DNA of 63,368 nucleotides, counting the filler, from Actinomycetota bacterium (GTDB taxonomy: Bacteria > Actinomycetota > Acidimicrobiia > IMCC26256 > VFJJ01): the NCBI GenBank assembly GCA_009886115.1. It is 6 parts of 6 records of this genome, joined end to end, with 100 filler letters (N's around TTAATTAATTAA, not from the genome) between each part and the next. Parts side by side here need not be neighbours in the genome. Positions count along the whole stretch, not along the records: positions 58,712 to 63,368 come from VFJJ01000121.1; 5 more parts are not named here. One strand, written 5' to 3'. Position numbers and translations under genes: made by a program. This document shows, piece by piece, positions 58,612 to 63,368 of this stretch; position 1 is the stretch's first letter, and every line of letters begins with the position of its first letter. The notes under the pieces are model-generated. The model did not search any database and was not told the DNA's origin. It was given only the letters and a program-made list of their open reading frames with translations.

Positions 58612-58711
58612 NNNNNNNNNNNNNNNNNNNNNNNNNNNNNNNNNNNNNNNNNNNNTTAATTAATTAANNNNNNNNNNNNNNNNNNNNNNNNNNNNNNNNN
58701 NNNNNNNNNNN
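58612..58711. other. Artificial contig linker
   Basis: N run with TTAATTAATTAA. Confidence 0.98.
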
Positions 58712-60469
58712 GCCGCACCCGGCGCCGCACCCGATCCCGAGCCTCCGACCGACCTCGACCGACTCGTCGCGGCGGCTGTTCGCGCCAGCGCCCGGGCCGG
58801 CATGCGCACGTCGCCGGCGCCTTGGCCCGACCCGCTCCCAGCCGAGATCAACCTGGGCGACCTGGCGGCCGAACCGTGGGCTCACGACGGGGTCGACACC
58901 GGCGACGACGGGCCGGTCACGCTCGGCATCGTCGACGATCCCGATGCGCAATGCCTGCGCCCGCTGCGCTGGGCGCCCGAGACCGGGCATCTCCTCGTCG
59001 TGGGAGCCCCCGGCTCGGGCACGTCCACCACGCTGCGAAGCGTGGCCGAGGCCCTGGCCGTCACGAGATGCCCGGCCCGGCTCCACATGTACGCCATCGA
59101 CTTCGGCGGGGGTGCACTGGCTGCGACGGGCGCCTACCCGATCACCGGCGCCGTCATCGCGGCCGGCGAGAGGGAACGGCTCGAACGGCTCGTCCACCGG
59201 TTCCGGTCCCAGCTCGAGGAACGGCGCGCGGGCGTGACGACAGGCCCGCGTCTCGTGCTGCTGGTCGACAACCTCCCCGGCCTGCTGGCCGCGCTCGTCG
59301 ACGATCGCCGACTCGATCTGCACGACTCGCTGCTGCGGATCGTCACCGACGGATCGGCGCTCGGCGTCACGATCGTGGCCACGGCCGAGACCCCGCACGC
59401 CCTGTCCCTGTCGGTGTCGGCCGCATTCGCCCACACCTGGTGCCTGCGGCTCGCCGACCGGACCGACGCCCTGGCGATAGGGCTCGACCCGGCTGGCATG
59501 GGAGCCCTGCCAGCGGGCAGAGGGTTCGCTGTCGCCACCGGCTTGGAGATCCAGATCGCCCGTCCGTCGGCCGCCCCGCCACCCAGGGCGCTTCGGCAAC
59601 CAGGGCGAGGACGGGCCGGTTCCACGACGGCCACGACCACCACCACCACCACCGATGGGCCGGCGGCGATCGGGCTGCTCCCCGAGGTGATCGACACGAC
59701 GACCATCATCGGTCACGACGTGCGGGCGGGACCCGCTCCCGGCCCCGCGCCCGAGGGATGGCTGCCGGTCGGCGTGTCGTCGGCCACGCTGGCAACGGTC
59801 GGCGTGACGATCCGCGATGGCGACCACCTGCTCGTGGCCGGACCTCCGCGTTCGGGTCGCAGCGGGGTGCTCGCCCACCTCGCCCGGGCAGCGCTGGAGA
59901 CCTGGCCCGGCGCCGAGCTGACCGTGGTGTGCCCGCGAAGCTCACCGTTGCGTGGCCTGTTCCCCGGCCACGAGCGTCGATCCGATGCCCTCGGGGCCCT
60001 CGCTGCCGAGCTCTCCGAGGCTGCAGACGTCGACGAAACCGACACGGGCCCGCCACCGCACCCACGTGTGATCGTGGTCGACGACGCCGACGCCGTCGAC
60101 GATCCGACAGGTGCGCTGAGCCGGCTCGTCCGTTCCCGGACCCGGGCGGTGATCGTGATCGCCGCCGGCGCGACCGAGCTGTTGCTCTCCGACTACGGCC
60201 ACTGGACCAAGGAGGTGCGGCGCAGCCGCCTCGGCATCGTGCTCAGGCCCACCCTCGAGCGCGATGGCGAGCTGTGGCAGGTGGGGCTTCCTCGCCGGGC
60301 GCCAGGTCCGTTTCCGCCGGGTCGGGGCTACCTCGTCGGCCCCGGCGGCGTCGACCTCGTCCAGTGCGCCGCCCCGCTCGCGGCGATCGCCCGCCTCGCA
60401 GCGAGCACGACGACCACCCCGTCGGGCCCCCGTCCGCCCGACACGGCGATGGGGATGGCGCACCCGTGA
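58712..60469 (+). CDS. FtsK/SpoIIIE multi-domain ATPase (EssC/EccC-like), 5' truncated
   Basis: PWPDPLP, LGIVDDPDAQ, GAPGSGTST, LLVDN, GPPRSGRSG, VVDD, PPGRG. Confidence 0.85.
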   Translation, partial: AAPGAAPDPEPPTDLDRLVAAAVRASARAGMRTSPAPWPDPLPAEINLGDLAAEPWAHDGVDTGDDGPVTLGIVDDPDAQCLRPLRWAPETGHLLVVGAPGSGTSTTLRSVAEALAVTRCPARLHMYAIDFGGGALAATGAYPITGAVIAAGERERLERLVHRFRSQLEERRAGVTTGPRLVLLVDNLPGLLAALVDDRRLDLHDSLLRIVTDGSALGVTIVATAETPHALSLSVSAAFAHTWCLRLADRTDALAIGLDPAGMGALPAGRGFAVATGLEIQIARPSAAPPPRALRQPGRGRAGSTTATTTTTTTDGPAAIGLLPEVIDTTTIIGHDVRAGPAPGPAPEGWLPVGVSSATLATVGVTIRDGDHLLVAGPPRSGRSGVLAHLARAALETWPGAELTVVCPRSSPLRGLFPGHERRSDALGALAAELSEAADVDETDTGPPPHPRVIVVDDADAVDDPTGALSRLVRSRTRAVIVIAAGATELLLSDYGHWTKEVRRSRLGIVLRPTLERDGELWQVGLPRRAPGPFPPGRGYLVGPGGVDLVQCAAPLAAIARLAASTTTTPSGPRPPDTAMGMAHP

Positions 60470-62208
60470 GCGCCGCGCCGATCACCGGTTACGAGCTCAT
60501 CACGCCGATCGGCCGGGGCGGCACCGCCGAGGTCTGGCTCGCCCGACGTCAGCGCGACGGTCTCGAGGTGGCGTTGAAGCGGCTCCCCGTCGCGGCCTTC
60601 GGCGCCGCAGCTCCCGAGGCCCGGGACAGCCTCGAGCGCGAGGCCGCCGTGCTCGGTGCGCTCCACGCGCTCGCCCATCCCGGGATCGTCACTCTCCACG
60701 AGATCGTCGACGATCCGGCGACCGGCGGGGTGGCGCTGGCCCTCGAGCACGTCCCCGGCGGCTCCCTCGCCGATCGTCTCGCTCGCGACCGGCGGCTCCC
60801 GTGGAGCGAGGTCGTGAGCATCGCAGCGACCGTCGCCGATGCGTTGGAGGCCGCACACCGGCTGCGGATCGTGCACGGCGACGTGAAGCCAGCGAACGTC
60901 CTGCTCGATCGCGAGGGGCGGCCTCACCTCGCCGACTTCGGAGCGGCCCGTTGGGAACGGGCGATCGGCCCGAGCCGCGGCGACGGGGCGAGAAGGGAGC
61001 TGGTCACGGGAACGGTCGCGTACCTCGACCCCGCGGTGCTCGACGGGCGCCCACTCGACGAGCGCTCCGACGTGTACGCCTTGGGAGTGCTGTGCTTCGA
61101 GGCCCTCACCGGCCGGGTGCCGTTCGAGGAGGCAACCCCGATGGATGTGCTCAGCACGGCAGCGAAGGCCGACCGGGTCTCGCTGGTCGATCGCCTCACG
61201 ATCGACGCACCCGAGGCGCCGGAGATCGTGACCCGCACCGTCGTCCGGGCCCTGGCCGCCGATCCCGCCCGGCGCTTCGCCACCGCGGGCGAGCTCGGTC
61301 GGGCCCTCGAGGCCGCCGCCGCGCTCTCGGCACTGTCGGCAGCGCCGGGGGCACCGTCGGCCGCCTGCGCGCCGACGGCGCGGGCGGCACGGACCCCGGG
61401 GGCACAGGCAGCGCCGCCCCGGTCGCCCGCCCCGACCTCGGCGGCCACGACCATGACCATGCGCGTGAGGGCAGCTCGTGTCGTCGACGACGAACCGGGT
61501 CCGCCGCGACGACGTGACCAGCGGTCATGGCGGCGCCGGAGCCGGATGGGCGCCGCGGCAGCTCTGGTGGCTGTGGCCACCATCGCCATCGCCATCGCCA
61601 TCGCCGCCGCGCCGGCCCTGCGTGGGAGCGGGGGAGACGACGCTGCGCCGTCCGCCGCCGAGGAACGCGCCCCGGTAGGCCCGGTCGACTCGACGATCTC
61701 GGGCATCCCGATCGCCGGGGCGCCTGCGGCCTCTCAGGCGTCGGCCTCGACCGTCGCGGCGGCACTCCCGACCGGCTCGACGGGCCCCGTCGAGCACCCG
61801 GCAACCGCTTCCGGTCCCCGGTCTCCGACGACCACAGCCGCTCCGGCGGCTGCGGCGGCTCCGACCGCTCCGGCCACTCCGGGCCAGCGGCCGGTTCCGC
61901 AAGCTCCGACCACCCGGGCAACGACGGTCGGGGCCGACGGTACCGTCGAGGTGCTCGACACCACCGGTGGCGTCCGCCGGGTGCGGCTGGGTCGGCCCGG
62001 CGACCAGGTGCTCATGGCCGACTGGAACTGCGATGGCACCGCGACCGTCGGTCTCTATCGGCCCACGACGGGCGTGTTCTTCGAGTTCCCGGGTTTGAGC
62101 GCCGACGGCAGCCCGGTGACGAGCCGACCCCGGATCGCGCTGAACCCGGCGGGCACGCTCCGGGCCGACGATCCCGACGCCGACGGCTGCCTCTCACCGA
62201 TCGCCTGA
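60466..62208 (+). CDS. Membrane Ser/Thr protein kinase with extracellular DWNCDG-type repeat
   Basis: IGRGGTAEV, VALK, HGDVKPANV, DFG, SDVYALG; TM helix; GTGA overlap with FtsK gene. Confidence 0.92.
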   Translation: MSAAPITGYELITPIGRGGTAEVWLARRQRDGLEVALKRLPVAAFGAAAPEARDSLEREAAVLGALHALAHPGIVTLHEIVDDPATGGVALALEHVPGGSLADRLARDRRLPWSEVVSIAATVADALEAAHRLRIVHGDVKPANVLLDREGRPHLADFGAARWERAIGPSRGDGARRELVTGTVAYLDPAVLDGRPLDERSDVYALGVLCFEALTGRVPFEEATPMDVLSTAAKADRVSLVDRLTIDAPEAPEIVTRTVVRALAADPARRFATAGELGRALEAAAALSALSAAPGAPSAACAPTARAARTPGAQAAPPRSPAPTSAATTMTMRVRAARVVDDEPGPPRRRDQRSWRRRSRMGAAAALVAVATIAIAIAIAAAPALRGSGGDDAAPSAAEERAPVGPVDSTISGIPIAGAPAASQASASTVAAALPTGSTGPVEHPATASGPRSPTTTAAPAAAAAPTAPATPGQRPVPQAPTTRATTVGADGTVEVLDTTGGVRRVRLGRPGDQVLMADWNCDGTATVGLYRPTTGVFFEFPGLSADGSPVTSRPRIALNPAGTLRADDPDADGCLSPIA

Positions 62209-62409
62209 CCGATCGCCTGACCGAGGGCCGGGCCCAGGGCCGGGCCCAGGGCCGGGCCCCGCCGGCACGCTCGGATCGGCTGGGCGCGTCGACGGTGCGC
62301 TGTTCCGACGCCGATCACGACAACTACCCGACCAGTTCGAGAAGCCCGGCTCGGTCGAGGTGCCGTGCGCCTTGGCTCGACGCCCTCGGCCACCGGGCGG
62401 CGCCACGGC

Positions 62410-63368
62410 TCAGCGGCGGATGAACAGGTCGATCTCGGTGCCTTTGGGCAGCTCGGTGCCGGGGGTCGGATCGGACTGCAGAACCACGCCGCCGGGCGAG
62501 TAGTTGAAGGCCGACCCGACGTCGAGGCCCAGCGCCCGGAGTCGACTCGTGGCTTCCTCGACCGTGAGCCCGGCGAGCTCGGGAACGGGCACCAGCTCGG
62601 GGCCGAGGCTCACCATCACGTTGACGACGTGGCCGCGATCGGTGAGCGAGCCCGGGGTGAGATCCTGCCGGACGACCCGACCGATCTCGACGGTGTCGCT
62701 GTACTCCTGGCCCGGGGGCTCCGAGAGCACCAGATCGGCAGCCGCGATGGCGGCCCGGGCCTCGTCGACGGTCAGGTTCGCCAAGGGGGGGACGGTTCGG
62801 GGCGTCGGCCCCAGGCTGAGCACCAGGTCGACGACCGAGCCCACCTCGAGCGAGGCCCCAGCCGCGGGGGTCTGGGAGATGAGCTGCCCGACACCGAGAA
62901 ACTCGTTGTGCTCGCTGACGATCGCGCCCACCGCGAGCCGCGCCCTGGTCAGCAGGGAACGGGCCGTCGCCTCGTCGACCGCACCCAGCTCGGGCACGGC
63001 CGTCATCTCGGGACCGGCCGAGACGAGGAGGGTCACCAAGGTGTCACCCGAAACCGGAAGCCCGGCGTCGGGTTGCTGGCCGACGACCGTCCCCTCCTTC
63101 TCGTGGCTGAACTGCGACTCGATCGCCGAGCTCGCCGGGTCGAGGCCGGCGTCGGCGAGCGCCAGCCGGGCTGCGTCGACCGAACCCCCGACCGTGTTCG
63201 GGAGCCAGCGCGCCTCGTCGGGGTCGGAACGCGAGGTGGCGACGAGCACGATGAGCGCGGCGACGACGACGAGCAGGCTCACGAGCATCGGCGCCAACGC
63301 CCGCTCGAGCAGCCCCCGTCGCCCACCCTCGCGCCGACCATCCCCAGCACGACCACGACCACGACCAC
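62410..63368 (-). CDS. PASTA-domain membrane protein (four PASTA repeats; probable C-terminus of a PknB-like kinase), 5' truncated
   Basis: TM helix then four VPxLxG..A..L..Q.P..G..V.L.VSxGP units. Confidence 0.85.
   Translation of the reverse strand, partial: GRGRGRAGDGRREGGRRGLLERALAPMLVSLLVVVAALIVLVATSRSDPDEARWLPNTVGGSVDAARLALADAGLDPASSAIESQFSHEKEGTVVGQQPDAGLPVSGDTLVTLLVSAGPEMTAVPELGAVDEATARSLLTRARLAVGAIVSEHNEFLGVGQLISQTPAAGASLEVGSVVDLVLSLGPTPRTVPPLANLTVDEARAAIAAADLVLSEPPGQEYSDTVEIGRVVRQDLTPGSLTDRGHVVNVMVSLGPELVPVPELAGLTVEEATSRLRALGLDVGSAFNYSPGGVVLQSDPTPGTELPKGTEIDLFIRR

Noticed and set aside
58822..62208. 1128-aa kinase with long N-terminal extension
   Set aside because: The extension is an alternative frame of the FtsK gene; the kinase starts at GTG 60466

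Overview
High-GC actinobacterial DNA; the gene content and repeat-rich surface proteins suggest Acidimicrobiia (inference). The window is six contigs joined by artificial 100-nt N spacers carrying TTAATTAATTAA, so synteny holds only within a contig. Most genes are redox or CoA-dependent catabolic enzymes. The rest include a toxin-antitoxin island (Xre-RES, Fic, MazEF) with a tRNA-Ile 3'-half relic, a VapBC pair, an ArsR-ArsC/aquaporin module, a large secreted phosphatase fusion, XPB helicase plus partner, an FHA-ABC transporter and FtsK/kinase genes. The main signal missed by the ORF track is two genes split by an in-frame TGA exactly at a catalytic Cys position, each followed by a SECIS-like hairpin: a UGSC-type protein (7696-8220) and a BCP peroxiredoxin (25989-26462). 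Both are probable selenoproteins. The UGSC gene resembles the active-site segment of glycine/proline reductase selenoprotein B and lies in an operon with an uncharacterised partner and three dehydrogenases; this is the best candidate for an undescribed system. Also notable: about a dozen gene stumps in intergenic spaces, an adenine-deaminase-like enzyme with altered metal ligands, a Tat-lipoprotein truncated haemoglobin and a structured DEAD-box helicase leader. All family calls come from motif recognition by eye; no searches were run.
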